DNA of 64,000 nt. Origin: Nageia nagi. Its lineage: Eukaryota; Plantae; Pinophyta. The stretch covers positions 3,286,001-3,350,000 of the forward strand of contig JBITNC010000002.1 in assembly GCA_050084985.1 (NCBI GenBank). The letters run 5' to 3'. Shown here piece by piece: positions 24,831 through 37,191 of the stretch. Positions within the stretch are counted from its first letter, which is position 1. Each line of letters opens with the position of its first letter. The notes under the pieces are model-generated. The model saw only the letters and a list, made by a program, of their open reading frames with translations, did no database searches and was not told the DNA's origin. The translations under genes and the position numbers were made by a program.

Positions 24831-27800
24831 TTTGGCCTAGGTCTTATCCACCTGCAGATTCTGTTTGCGGTATCTTTGCTTTTGTTTAGATGCATATTTG
24901 ATGGTGGTTGTTATGTCAGACTCTATTTCACTCGATTTGATTGGTGTAGGGATGAGTTTTTGCTGCCACCACATCGAATTTGTTAGATTCACTTATGACT
25001 CTGACCGGTGCAGGGATGAGGTTTTCCTCCCTCCGGTTCAGATGTCAGACTTTTTCATTGCATATCTGATTTACTTTTGAGTAGCTTAGAGGTAGATTAA
25101 ATGCATATAAGTTGTGGCATTTATATTTTGTCAGATTTTTAAGTGCCACTTGCATCGATTCATGTTAGCAATCTGATTTTGTATTGGTATGTGTGTTGCA
25201 TGTGTGCACACCATATCAGATTTGATGCCTTTAGGGAAACACTTTTAGTGGCCTATTTATACCCCATCCTGACCATTTAGAAGGGGATTTTGCATTCGGG
25301 ACTTTTGCACTTGGAATATTACATGATATTACGCATTTTGGCATATGTGAGACTCTGCACTTAATAGAAATATTGCATATTGAGGATCTTGCATTTTGGG
25401 ATGCTGGCTACAAACTTTCATGTGTAAGAATTTCTTAGTTGTTGCATCTGTTATAACTGAGGTTTACTGTATTTCATATGAATGCAAGGGTTTTTCTACA
25501 TATGTTTGGTTTGTTGCATCTTTAAATTTTTACATTCTATTGCATAGAGGTTCGTTGCATAAGAGGTTCGTTGCATGTTCATCATTGAATATCATTATAA
25601 ATGTATTTCTTTTGAGGAATGAGATTATAAAGTTAATATTGTGAAGGATATCATTTGTGGGATCATGCCTATATGAATAACTTTCCCCTTGGAGTTGTAT
25701 ATTGAATATTCATTGAAGTGGTTTGAGTTTATCTTTGCATGGTTTGCACGTAAGTGAATGTATTTTGAGGCTCATAGCTTGTCTTTATACCATTTGGTTA
25801 GGTTCTTGTGCTCACACCCTCACCTCATGTATGCCTTCCCACTGAGTCATCCACCAAGACCCTACAACTTCTTGCTCTCGTCTGGTAGTGATTTGAGTGC
25901 ATATTACTTGCCCAGCTTGATAGTGAGTCCATTGACCTTAATGAATTTGAAGATGACCTGCCGAGACAGTGCATCACTAGTGATACCTTCATAAGTTCAT
26001 GCTTCCTTGTATTCCTTTGCATTTATCCCTATGTTTGTCCCTAAATTTGTAATATTTCTTCGCTTTCATTGACATTTGTAGTCTTTCCTTATTATGGAAA
26101 AGAATTCCGGCATTGTATTTCCCTTGTATACGGTTAACAACATGCATGTCTAACTATTGTGCCTTCAAGACCATATTCCATGTGAGCGCTTGGGGTAACC
26201 AGTCCTTTCAGGTGGAAACAAGTAACGTTGTTTACTCTAAGTCTTGTGCATGTTTTGGACTAGGAAAGAAAAACATTCCAACAGGGGGTCATTCATTTTA
26301 TGTGCATTTTGGTCAAATAACTCCATTGTGTGTTATGTTTTGCATGTATTAAGGAAAGACACTACTTGAAATTGGTAGGCCTCACTTCATAAGATCATTT
26401 TGAACCATTTTTTTGGAAATTCACTTTACTGGCACCATTTAAGGCACCATGAAAGCTAGGCGCATGTTTATCAAGGGGTGAAAAAGCACCCATCTAAATT
26501 GGTGCGCTAGCCTCTTGGATGTCCAGATCCGGGACCATGGATTTTGACTAAGTGTGAAATCTTGCATCTTGGACCAGGCGCATGTTTTCTAAGGAGTGCT
26601 AAAGCACTCATCTATTTTGGTGTGCCTAATCTAAGATGTAAAATCCATGTTAAATTTTTTTAAGTGCTCCTTAATCCCAGGTGCAAGGATTTGGGGGAGT
26701 GCAAAAGCACTCATTGAAAATGGTGCACCCATAACCAAAGGGTCATTTTTGTGAAAGTTTGAAATTGGTTAAGTCTTGAAACACAAAGAGCCCAGGTGCA
26801 TGGATCCAAAGGGTTGAAAAAGGACTCGCCCAAAAAGTTGCACCCCTCAATTATTGCACATACATTGGACCAAGTTTTTGACTATTCCCAAGGTGACATG
26901 TGGTATAACCCAAAATTATAAATATTAGATCACCCCTTGCATTTCACTACAATTCATTTTGCTTAAGACTTCCAAGTAGCACTATTTCCAGACATTGAAA
27001 AGGACTACCACAAAATCGTGCATCCAGGAGGAATAAGGATTTTTGAGATCATTTGACATCATTTTAAGCCTTTTTTCTTGAAAGATGAGGGTAAGCTTGA
27101 TCAAGCAAAGCATTTTCTGAAAATTACTTCATTTTTTCTTGCATGCCTACCCAACTAACCTAGGCGTATGATTTCTACATAGTTCAAAAGGACTCATCCT
27201 AAGCGGTGCACCAAGACCTAGAGTGGGAAAATTTGACTAAGTATTACAATTTCAAGTTCATTTCATTCCCTTTTCCTTCATTCATTATAAATGATAAAAA
27301 TTTAAGGTGTAAGGTTTTTGTGTAGTGAAAAGGGATCCATCCAAAATGGTGTGCCCTAGCATGGAGTAATGATCAAACCATCCCAAATGAGAAATTTTGT
27401 TCAAAGAGGGTAAAAATTGATTGAAGTGATGTGTTCCTCTAGCAAGTACTTAGGTGCATTATTTTCTCAATGTGAAAAAGCACCCTTCTAGATTGGTGCG
27501 GTATAGGAAAACTGACCTAAAAATTGACTAAATGGTGGATAGCCAGGAGTGAAGATATCAAGTTGACAAGTGGCACCTATGCATTGTGCCAAGCATATAC
27601 GCTCCATGCATTCTCCATAAAAGTGGTTTCAATCCACTTTTTGTAGGACGTTTCAACTATCCCAACCTAGATGTCTGGTCAACTCCCACTGCCACAAGGA
27701 CACTTCCAGAACTGTGCGTCTAGCCCAACTTGGCCCTTTTGAGACATTTTGATCAAATTTCAGACCTGTTCTCACTCATTTGCTAGGAGGATTTATCAGA

Positions 27801-29345
27801 TGAAATTATTAACTCTTGCAGATTATTCATTTCTTCAATGATGCTGTTTGCTATTCCTTTTCTTGACTTATACTACGAGGTAGCTAAACATTGTAAATTG
27901 GACAAGAGAAATCTCTTGGATATTGAAGCTAATGTCATCATGAATTTCTCTCCTGAAGGTATTGAAAATGCTTTCTGTTGGAGAAGATATGGAGATGAGT
28001 ACACTGAAGCAACCTCTGATGAGTTTCATGATAGCACAACCAAAACATGAGATTATATCCAGTTTGGTTGTACACAGATTGCCAGGGCATTCAAGGCCAA
28101 AGGTTGTTTAGTGCTTGTAAAGAAGAGTTCATCCCTACAGTGTCTATGTTGATTACTTTATTGTTTAGAGCATAGATTTAAAAAGGGAAAAACGAATCCG
28201 GAAAAAATCGCATCTTGGAGAATATTCGGATTTTTGCCAGACAATCGCCATTTTTTTGTCAGATATTCAGATGTTTTATGTGTTTGAGAGATATTTTTTT
28301 GTTTTTTGCAAATTCAAAGAAACATTTCCAAATGTCTTTCGAAATTTATGTACTCACTATGTTAGTATGTAGCTTAAGCACTATGCAGTATTTTGATACA
28401 AAAAACATGTTGTCCTCATGCAAAATCCCAAATAATTCTCCATGCAAATATTAGCCAATTAATAAGCAATAAACATCAAATTATGCTCCTAGGCATGCCA
28501 TGAACTGATCTAGGGCATCAAACATGTACAAAAATGTGCCAACAATCCCAATGACTCACTCTACTAGCCAAATTACACCTCAATCGCCCAATGTCACACT
28601 CAAGGAAGCAAGATTACATCAAACACACCAAAATATCAGACAAGAAATGGGAGATCAAGTGTGCCAATGCTTCATTAAGAGAGAAATGATGAGTACAAGC
28701 AATATCAGGCCCCCAAGGACTCAATGTTGGCTTCCAAGGAGCCAAGTAGGGCACATTGATGTGCAAATATGATCACTGATGTAGATATGTTGTAGAACAA
28801 CCACACTCTACTAGATCTGTGGACGCCTCACTAAAGGGCTTCCTCATAGGTTAGCTCTTGCCAAAGAGAACAAGTGCGATTCCGGAATACCACCGGATGG
28901 ATTCGAAGATGTTGACTGCTATGAACACCTCAGGGTATGGTAACCTCACAGCACGAAGATCTAATACAGTTTGATTCTATTTTCTTAATTGAGTATCAAG
29001 GACACTAATGTCAAGGATTCCAAAAGTGAAGTTTCTTATTTTAACTGGAACATTGTTCTCTATGTTGAATGAACCTAATTTATTATTTTTACTTGCATCA
29101 TTCCTAGGTTTTCTGATATTCTTTTCTTAAATATAATTGTCACAAAGCTTGAGATTACCTTCATATACTATTGCTTCCATGATTATTTGTTTCAGGAGAA
29201 ATTAATTTTGCTTTTTTATTATGAGAGAGTTTGCCTACAATATATGTCATCATTCTCGTGCTTTTGATTTTTAATAATTTATTACATTTTCTTTACTTTT
29301 TTGACTATACATTTTTTAATGATCGCTTTTACTACATGAATGCAG

Positions 29346-29595
29346 GAATGAAATTGGATATGACGGATGGAGACTTGACTTTGTTAGAGGATTTTGGGGA
29401 GGTTATGTGAAAGATTATTTACAAGGAAGTGAGCCTTTCTTTGCTGTTGGGGAGTATTGGGACTCTCTATCATACACTTATGGTCAAATGGACCACAATC
29501 AAGATGCTCATCGACAACGTGTCATTGATTGGATAAATGCTACTGGTGGAAATGCTGGAGCTTTTGATGTCACTACAAAGGGCATTCTTCATACA
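29346..29595 (+). CDS. AMY3: Plastid alpha-amylase 3, internal exon (catalytic nucleophile Asp and acid/base Glu)
   Basis: atgcag|G acceptor, ACA|gtgagt donor. Translates NEIGYDGWRLDFVRGFWGGYVKDY...AVGEYWDSL...AFDVTTKGILHT. Confidence 0.96.
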
Positions 29596-29932
29596 GTGAG
29601 TTGAAACTTGAAATGCTATGTTCTATGTAACATTGGATGTTTGAAGATACCAGTTAAATGAAAAAACTTTATATCTGATTTTACGTTTGAACTACATCAG
29701 TCAACATTTAAGATTTGCTATTTGTGAAACCCCAGAATTAGATATTGTGAAAATATAAAAATTTAAAGGTTACAATTTGTAATTTTACATTGAAATTTCT
29801 GTAATCCTATTAGATTATTTTTCTAAATCCAGTTCCATTTGATAATCACTTGCATAGTTATTAGAATCAGAATTGGAAAAAAAATTGTTGGATTGGGATT
29901 AATTGGGAATCGGCAAAATTGGAAAAATTCAA

Positions 29933-29958
29933 TATACATACATATATATATATATATA
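29933..29958. repeat. (TA)n microsatellite
   Basis: tatacatacatatatatatatatata. Confidence 0.8.
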
Positions 29959-29965
29959 GACATTT

Positions 29966-31370
29966 TGTGATGCCCCCTTTACACAGTTATAATTATTCTT
30001 GGAATCTAACAGGTTCCTTTTGTAATATATTTTATTAATGTATTGCACTTTCTATATATATATATTTGACATTTTGTGATGCCCCCTTTACACAGTTGTA
30101 ATTAATCTTGGAATCTAATAGGTTCCTCTTGTAATATATTTTATTAATGTATTGCACTTTCATATTTGTAACTTAGGATAGGAAAATTAATGGGTCAATG
30201 TACCTCACTATGAGCCCCAAGTGGGACGTCTCCCTCCTAAGCTTAGATTAGGTGTTCTTATTATACTTGGAGATCCTGATACATGATTGTGGGAATCCCA
30301 AGGTCTATTTAGCATCTAGTGGACGGATGAGCACTTAATGGCTCCAACGTTGAGATTGGGAGCATTTGTACACCTGTTCCAGCCTTGGGGAGACTTCTAG
30401 ACCCCCATGTTGGCCCTTGAGACCCATGTTGCCCCCCTAAGTGCCCACACATGCCTCTTATACCCACGCATGCATTCTTGGATCCACGTGGAGCATTAGG
30501 GAGGCCCAAATACCCATGTTGGGCTTGGATTGACTTCTAGGTGCCAACATTGGGACATGAGGGGATTGGTTGATGACGTTGAGGTGTATTCCTGATTTGG
30601 AAAGGCTATATTAACCCTTGGAGCCTCATTGCTGGATATACTTGATTATTATTACTCTTCATATTGTCTAGAGGACAACAAGTCATAGTGGTGCTAAGCG
30701 ATCTCCCTAGGTGCATCATCTAGGAGGGCATTTATGTTGAGGGATCCTGATTGTCTACGGCATTGGTGCAATGCCCTTGCCCACTCGATGGTATTCCGAG
30801 GTATTGCTTCTACTTTCAGTGGTCAGCCAGGGTTTGAGGAGGGCTCCTTCGGTGGAGAGGATTCAGATTCTGAGGGAACATACTGTCCCATGGTTCCGAG
30901 AATATTCCAGCAGTGAGAGATAATGTGGTTATGCCCTAGTTGGCTCCTTGGAGGCCAACGTCAGCCCTTTTGGGCTTGTTATTGTATTGTTGAACATTTC
31001 ATATCATATGTATCGCCATTTGGCATTGGATCTCATATTCTGTACTGTGTATACTTGTCTTGTGCATCGTTGAGTTACTATTACTTGTGTATGCTTGTAC
31101 TAGCCAAATGTTGGCATTGTGGAGTGTTGATCATTGATTATTGCATGTATTGGCCAGACGTGGGCAATTGGATATTGTAAATGCTTGGTCTTGTAACCCT
31201 AGCTTGAATGCTGGCATTATTGCACTGCTTGAGCTTTAATTGAATGCCCTAGTCATAATGTTGCCATATTGAGGGTTTGAATGCTTATTGTTGATGCTCA
31301 GACTTGACATTAGGGTGATTGTAATTGAATTTGCTGATATTGCACTCTAGTTGTATTTTGGGTGCTTGCA
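29966..31370. mobile_element. Solo LTR (~1.3 kb) with a ~110-bp tandem duplication of its left junction; opposite orientation to 15147-16352
   Basis: CATTT|TGTGATGCCCCC at both 29966 and 30075. Ends GGGTGCTTGCA|CATTT, TSD CATTT. Confidence 0.9.
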
Positions 31371-32165
31371 CATTTGAACAAACCATTTTTAGCTATCTCT
31401 CAACATGACATATCAAACAAGACAACATTCTAGATCAAATAACACATTACACAAGTGACAACATAATGTAATATTGGAAATTGTAAATTTTTGTATTAAA
31501 TATCAAATGTCCAAGGAGTAAAACATGTCAAAGATTTTCCATTTGAAGAAACAAAATCTGAACCTAAACATTTTTCTTCTCAGCTGTTCTTTCCACTTTC
31601 CTTCTTTTGCAACTTTGGCCTTGGTTGCTTTTGTTGGTTCTAGTCCTTATGATGGACCCCCTTCTTGTTCTTGAGACTAAGGTTGTTGTTGCGGTTTCCT
31701 TTTCCTCTTCCTCTGTCATTGCAACAACTTCTTGTTCCATCCTTTCAACATCGTCAAAGCTGAAATCAAAATCCTGAACTTTTAAATGCCTATCAAAGGC
31801 CAATATATTCAAATTCAATAGGTTAAGTTGAAAATTGAAATCAAACTCCTCAAAATTGAAACTTGAAATCAAAATCCCTAATTTGTTCAATTAACAAGAA
31901 CAAAATCGTTGATATGTTTTGGCATTTATATATTCATCAACGTTGAAACCTGTGGATCAGTTGGATCAATTAATTGCATCCAACTCTATTGCCTCATGAC
32001 TTGTTCCTTCAATCTATCTATGATGAAGGTGAAAGTTGTAATGCACAAAAAATAGATCATTCAAGCGCTCCTAGGTGAGCATGTTGTGCTTGTTTGAATG
32101 TATATTCTCGGAAGTGCTCCAATTTCACTCACACCCAGAAGCGCTAAATGGTTGGGATAAGATTA

Positions 32166-35100
32166 TGTTGGTGAGGAAATCCTTCCTACCCTATAGGGCC
32201 TCTAGTAGGTAGGCTTAGCAAAAGAGAAAAGAGTCTCAACGACACCTATGAGTGAGATAGCGTTACCTATCTTTGCTTGAAAAGGGCTGACTACCCCAAG
32301 GTTTATGTGACTTCGATGTTTTAAGGCCTTTCGACTTTAAAAGAGGTCTCGCGTCTCTGAGCAATGATATGTTATTAGCTCTAGTGAACTTGTGGGTTAA
32401 CTCAAATAAGAGGAGGTGGGCATATTAACTCACAATTTTAAATGGACTTATTCAGGGCTTGCATCGATGGAAAGTTGCAGGGTTTTAAAAATGGGAAAAC
32501 AATTAAAATGAAAGTTGAGAATGATCTAAAGGAACTTGATGCACGTATCAACTATTTGCTAGTGTTATAGGGTCCTGAAGATCTATAATCCGAATTTATT
32601 GAGAAAGTTCATTCATTCATCAAATATAGAAGCACACAACATGAACACTCAAAGTACAACTATAAATGAGCCAAAAGGAGAACATGAGCTTCAAATATAG
32701 AAACAAACAACATAAATGACCAAATTACAACTATAAGTGAGCCAAGTGCAGATCACTAAACTTCAGATATCACGAGAATAATTCACCATCACACATTTAT
32801 GAATGAATGTTTTTACTCAAATGTCATAGAAAATAGATATGTTCCAGAATATAAACATTTAGTATGCAAGCTGTGGAAATAATAACTATTCATAAACTTC
32901 GAAAGATGATCATTCAGCTTTCCCAAAAAACTTGTAGTTTTCAAAGGAAATGAGCTTAAGCTAATGAATAGTTATGAAAAGACAACATCTCATAAAACAT
33001 CCACAAATCCAAAAGGAACAAACAACATTACTTGCATTAACATCACAAAAACTCTAGAACAAGATTGTTGAATAGTATAAAAGCTCTAGAGCAAGTTTCT
33101 CTCTAATCCATTCTGCTTCAAAATGACCCTGTGGAGGGTACTTATAGCACAAATGTTTGACAACAATAAATGTATGTGTTGCCCTAATACAACTACCAAC
33201 ATTAAATAAAGTGTTACCCTAATGCGGCTACAGTAGCCCTATGATGGTTGAAGAGCCAAGAAAGTTCTAACAACAATAAATGAATTGACATAAACCTAAT
33301 TGAAATATAAAGTATTACATATATTGAGATTTGAACATGTGGGAGAAAAAACTCATCATCACAGTTCAAATAAAACAACTTTTTAAAACATCACCCCTAT
33401 TCATGTATTTAACAATAAAATAATTCAATAGTCACTCCTTCATAAACTGGTTCCATTCATTATTTGAAATATTGCAACTTTTGTAGTTGAGATTAATGAA
33501 CACCACTTGTTTCAGAAGTTCTTATTACAACACACTCATCACCATGCCGATCCTTGGACGGTATTCATCAATCATATTGGAAGTAAGCCCCATTTGGTAT
33601 CTTCAAATGGTTGATGTGCTATCATGTTGGATTATCCTCACTGTCTTGATGAGGTTCAATTCTCTAATCTAGAGGAGCTCTTTGATCCAGTTCTTTGTTT
33701 TTGTAGTCACCTCTTCGTTGCTTTTAGCATTGCCATCTTATTTAAGAAACTGTATCCTCACTTGGTAGGCATCTATATGTTGCCAAACTTCCCGTTTCAA
33801 TTCCGCCCTTACATTGATCGAATATTAACATTTGTCAATCGTGTATTGTAGCCAATCATATTGGACAAGAATTTAGTGTAGTAGTTCATCTTTTTAGGTT
33901 CATCTCCTATGGACATCTTTACGGCCTTCTCCAATTTTGTCTCCACTTGGAATTATTCATGGTTTGTTTCATTCCCCTCACTTCTTGGATCTTGAAAAAC
34001 GACCTGATTTGGAATTTTTTTTTTTTTCTTTTTTTTTGAACTTGAAACTTGAATTTCGCTATCACAATATAGGTTGCTTACTTCTTTCTTGAAATCTCAA
34101 TGTCCTAGAATCATGCGACCTATCAAATGTCACTTCTTTTGGTGTGCCAACTTAATATTAGTGCTCTGAAATACTCACAAACTAGGATGCTTATTTTATT
34201 TTCTTTGCTTTTGCAACTTTTGAGAAATGTGTGACCAAAGATGCCTGGCAAACTGTGTGATACAAGTAAATTCTAGGATATGCAATGTGAGGTTTTCTTT
34301 GAATTTATAAGTCTTAGTGACATGCGGTAGTGTGCATGCTCCAGATAGGCAAGATCTAGACATTTGGCAGGAGGATGACAACAAATCAACAATCTAGAAG
34401 CGGTTGCATGGTTTTAGGAGCTTGATTTTGCAATGTTATAGAAATGTGCGACCTAGGCATCCTTGGAGAAGTGTGCGACAACCTTTAAGACTTGGAAAAT
34501 TTGTGCAAATGCAATATGGTCCATTTCTTTTCCACTCCTTTTTGCTTTGTTACTGGCCCATCTTTGAGTTTGGGTTGTTTCTACTTGGTCGCTTATTTTT
34601 AGTCCCTTGGATTAGCATAAATCTGAAACCATGCGACCAACCTTGGTTTTGAAAATGGACCTTTATCCTTGTTGCTGGCCAATCTTTGAGTTTGGGTGTG
34701 TTTCTACTTGGTCACTTATTTTTAGTCCATTGGATTAGCATAAATCTGAAATTGTGCGACCAACCTTGGTTTTGAAAATGGACCTCTATCCTTGTGCAAA
34801 TGAAGCAAGGGAACTACTATAATTTAGGTCGCATGCTTTGAATTGCAATGTCTTGAAATCAAGCGACCGCCCTATATATTAGATCGCATGTTCTTTGGCA
34901 CTTGATTCTTGTAAAGTCTTGAAGCTGTGCGACCAATCTATTCCTTCAAAACCGAGCGACCAACTTGGATTGTAGGCCCTGCAAACAAAGAGTGAAATGG
35001 TGATGCCTTTATAGGCTTGAGAGGTTGCTGAATCTTGATCGCATATTCTTGTAAACTTGAATTGGCAATGCTTCAAAATTGAGAGACCAATTCATATTCT

Positions 35101-36004
35101 CAAAACTGAGCAATAAACTTTAAACTACTTTCATGCAATGAAGATGTTATATAAGTTGAAAGCCCCCTTTGATCCAAGTCGCTTGTTTTAGACAATGTCT
35201 TGGTCGCACGTTTTGATCTCCTTGCATTTAGATTATCTTGAAATCATGCAACCAAGTATACTTAGCCAAATTTTGAATGTGAATGATGTTTCAATGTTTC
35301 ACTATAGTTTAATAAACATATGGAGGCACGTGGCACCTTTCCATTAGTTGTTATGATCTTCAAAAAGTGGTCGCATGATTTGGAGGACTTGGGTTGGTGG
35401 CATGGTTTGGAGGTCTTGCATTTGCATCATTAGGAAACTGTGCGACCAACTTTGGGACTTAGAGTTTTATGCCAAATTAAGGTCTACTTACTTTTTTATC
35501 ACTTTCAGAGAACACCTGTCAGTATTGCGCTGGCTAAAAGCAATAACAAAGTAGGTCACACACTTTTGGAAACTTGAGTAGGTTGCACATTTTGGAGGCA
35601 TTGCCTTTGGCATGAAAGTGAAACCATGCAACCAACTTGGAACTTACGAAATTTTCTACTACAGTGAAACCTTCATATCTTTTATAGCATTTGATCGACA
35701 CATGGTCTTCATTGATTGATTGGGACCAACTTGCAATAGGAGGTCGCTTGTTTTGAGGTCCTTGAATGAGGTCGTACGTTTTGGAAAACATGCTTTTTTA
35801 ATGACTTGGAATAATGCGACCTAACCTTTTTAGCTCCAAAATGTTTCAGAGTCCCTTTTCTTTAAATTATTTGCCTTCATTCTTCAAAACTTCTCTTTCA
35901 AGATTCTCACTCTTCCATCTTCGCCAAAGATGTGACTCCTTTTTTGCAAAAGTAGGGTCCTCAAAATTTTCAAAAAATTTGGGGTGTGTTTTGCAGGTAC
36001 AAAA
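32166..36004 (-). mobile_element. Giant LTR-like unit, copy C (internally deleted, 3839 bp), inserted in the hAT transposase
   Basis: TGTTGGTGAGGAAAT at 32166, degenerate hairpin GGGGTGTGTTTTGCAGGTACAAAA ending 36004, TSD GATTA/GATTC. GGTCGCATG...CATGCGACC array at 34110-35825. Confidence 0.8.
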
Positions 36005-37191
36005 GATTCTAATTGCCAATTTTTGAATATTTTGCATATTAAACCACCCTAATCCTTCCACCTTAGATTTGAAAAAAAAACAAATAATATTTTCATTTTT
36101 AACTTTTACTAATTGAGCAATTTGCTAAACAAAAATTAAAAATACATTTTGTTACTTGGAGTTAGAGGTGTCCTTACGTCCACACATTTTGGAGACCCAA
36201 ATAAGTAGGTTGATGCTTTCTTGTATAGTTGAAGCTCCTTTTTGAAAATTTCGCACCTAGTTTCCACAAAAGTCACCATACAATTAATAGCCTGTGGAGA
36301 CCTATGTAAAGATCTCCATTCATGGCATCAAAAGAGTCCTAGAAGAATTGGGGGTTCAAGTACAATCTTGCTACATGTAGAGGATTGTGCAATTGGGGGT
36401 TCAATGATGTCCCAAATGGGATGATATTTAAATGTATCATGATTGTGAAAAGACTCTATGGCCTCCTTGGCCCTATCCATCACCTTATATAGGTACCCCA
36501 TAGAGGGTTTGTCTATGTCCATGAGGCAAAACATCTTCACTAAGGTCTTCGAAATCTGCAAAGCAAAGTATGCAACTAAATTAATAAAAAATTTAATTAA
36601 TTAAATATTGATAGTAAAAAGTGGAAAAGTTGAAATGGAATTTTACCTTAACAACTTCGTGTGATGGCTTTCAAAATTCATCATCAAAGACCGTCTTGAC
36701 GACAATCCTATCGTTAGGTCACATGCATATCTAGACTTCAACCACTTGTTGATCACAAACATTTGCTTCAATGCATCTCATTTGTTATAAACACTTTGCA
36801 ATGAAACAATTGATGTGACAATTCATGTAACCCCAACATGTGCAGGTGATGAACAATTTTTCAGTTTGCCTTTCAAATCAACATTTATTTCAATGAAAAA
36901 ATTGAAATTAAATTAAATGAAAATTAAGAAAGGATAGAAAATTTACTTGCATGTACTAGCTCACACATATTAGCTCCTTTTCTTCTATGAAATATGTGCT
37001 CATCAAATTGAGGAGCCAAGGATGCTTGAAGATATATTTGATGATATTCTTCACTTTATCTACGACGTCCTTGATCTCACCAATCTTTCTAATGTCCTTG
37101 AGAAGTGAATTGAGACAATGTACAACACAAGGAGTCCAATAAATGGTAGGGAGTGTCTCCTTGATCATCTTCCATACTGCAATGTATGTTG

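Larger units (their letters stand above)
20293..26283 (+). mobile_element. Giant LTR-like unit, copy B2 (5991 bp), nested in B1
   Basis: Starts TGCTGTGCCACCCCCC (hairpin partly deleted) and ends GGAAAGAAAAACATTCCAACA. TSD GGGGG (20288-20292 / 26284-26288). B1 sequence resumes after it. Confidence 0.88.
19603..28170 (+). mobile_element. Giant LTR-like unit, copy B1 (3'-truncated inside its ORF; interrupted by B2)
   Basis: Starts TGTTGTGCCTGCACAACACCCCCC. Palindrome array at 19780-20140 continues at 26455-27500. ORF remnant 27770-28170 reads FLDLYYEVAKHC..MNFSPEGIENAFCW. Confidence 0.82.

Noticed and set aside
1-26283. A and B2 as the two LTRs (or TIRs) of one element enclosing AMY3 exons
   Set aside because: They are inverted and diverged, B2 has its own TSD, and A is inserted in a LINE relic, so they are independent insertions.
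28171-28923. hAT-type MITE bounded by CATAG...CTATG truncating B1
   Set aside because: Only 5 bp of inverted repeat and the flanking 8-mers (GTTTAGAG / AACACCTC) do not match. Possibly a one-ended relic.
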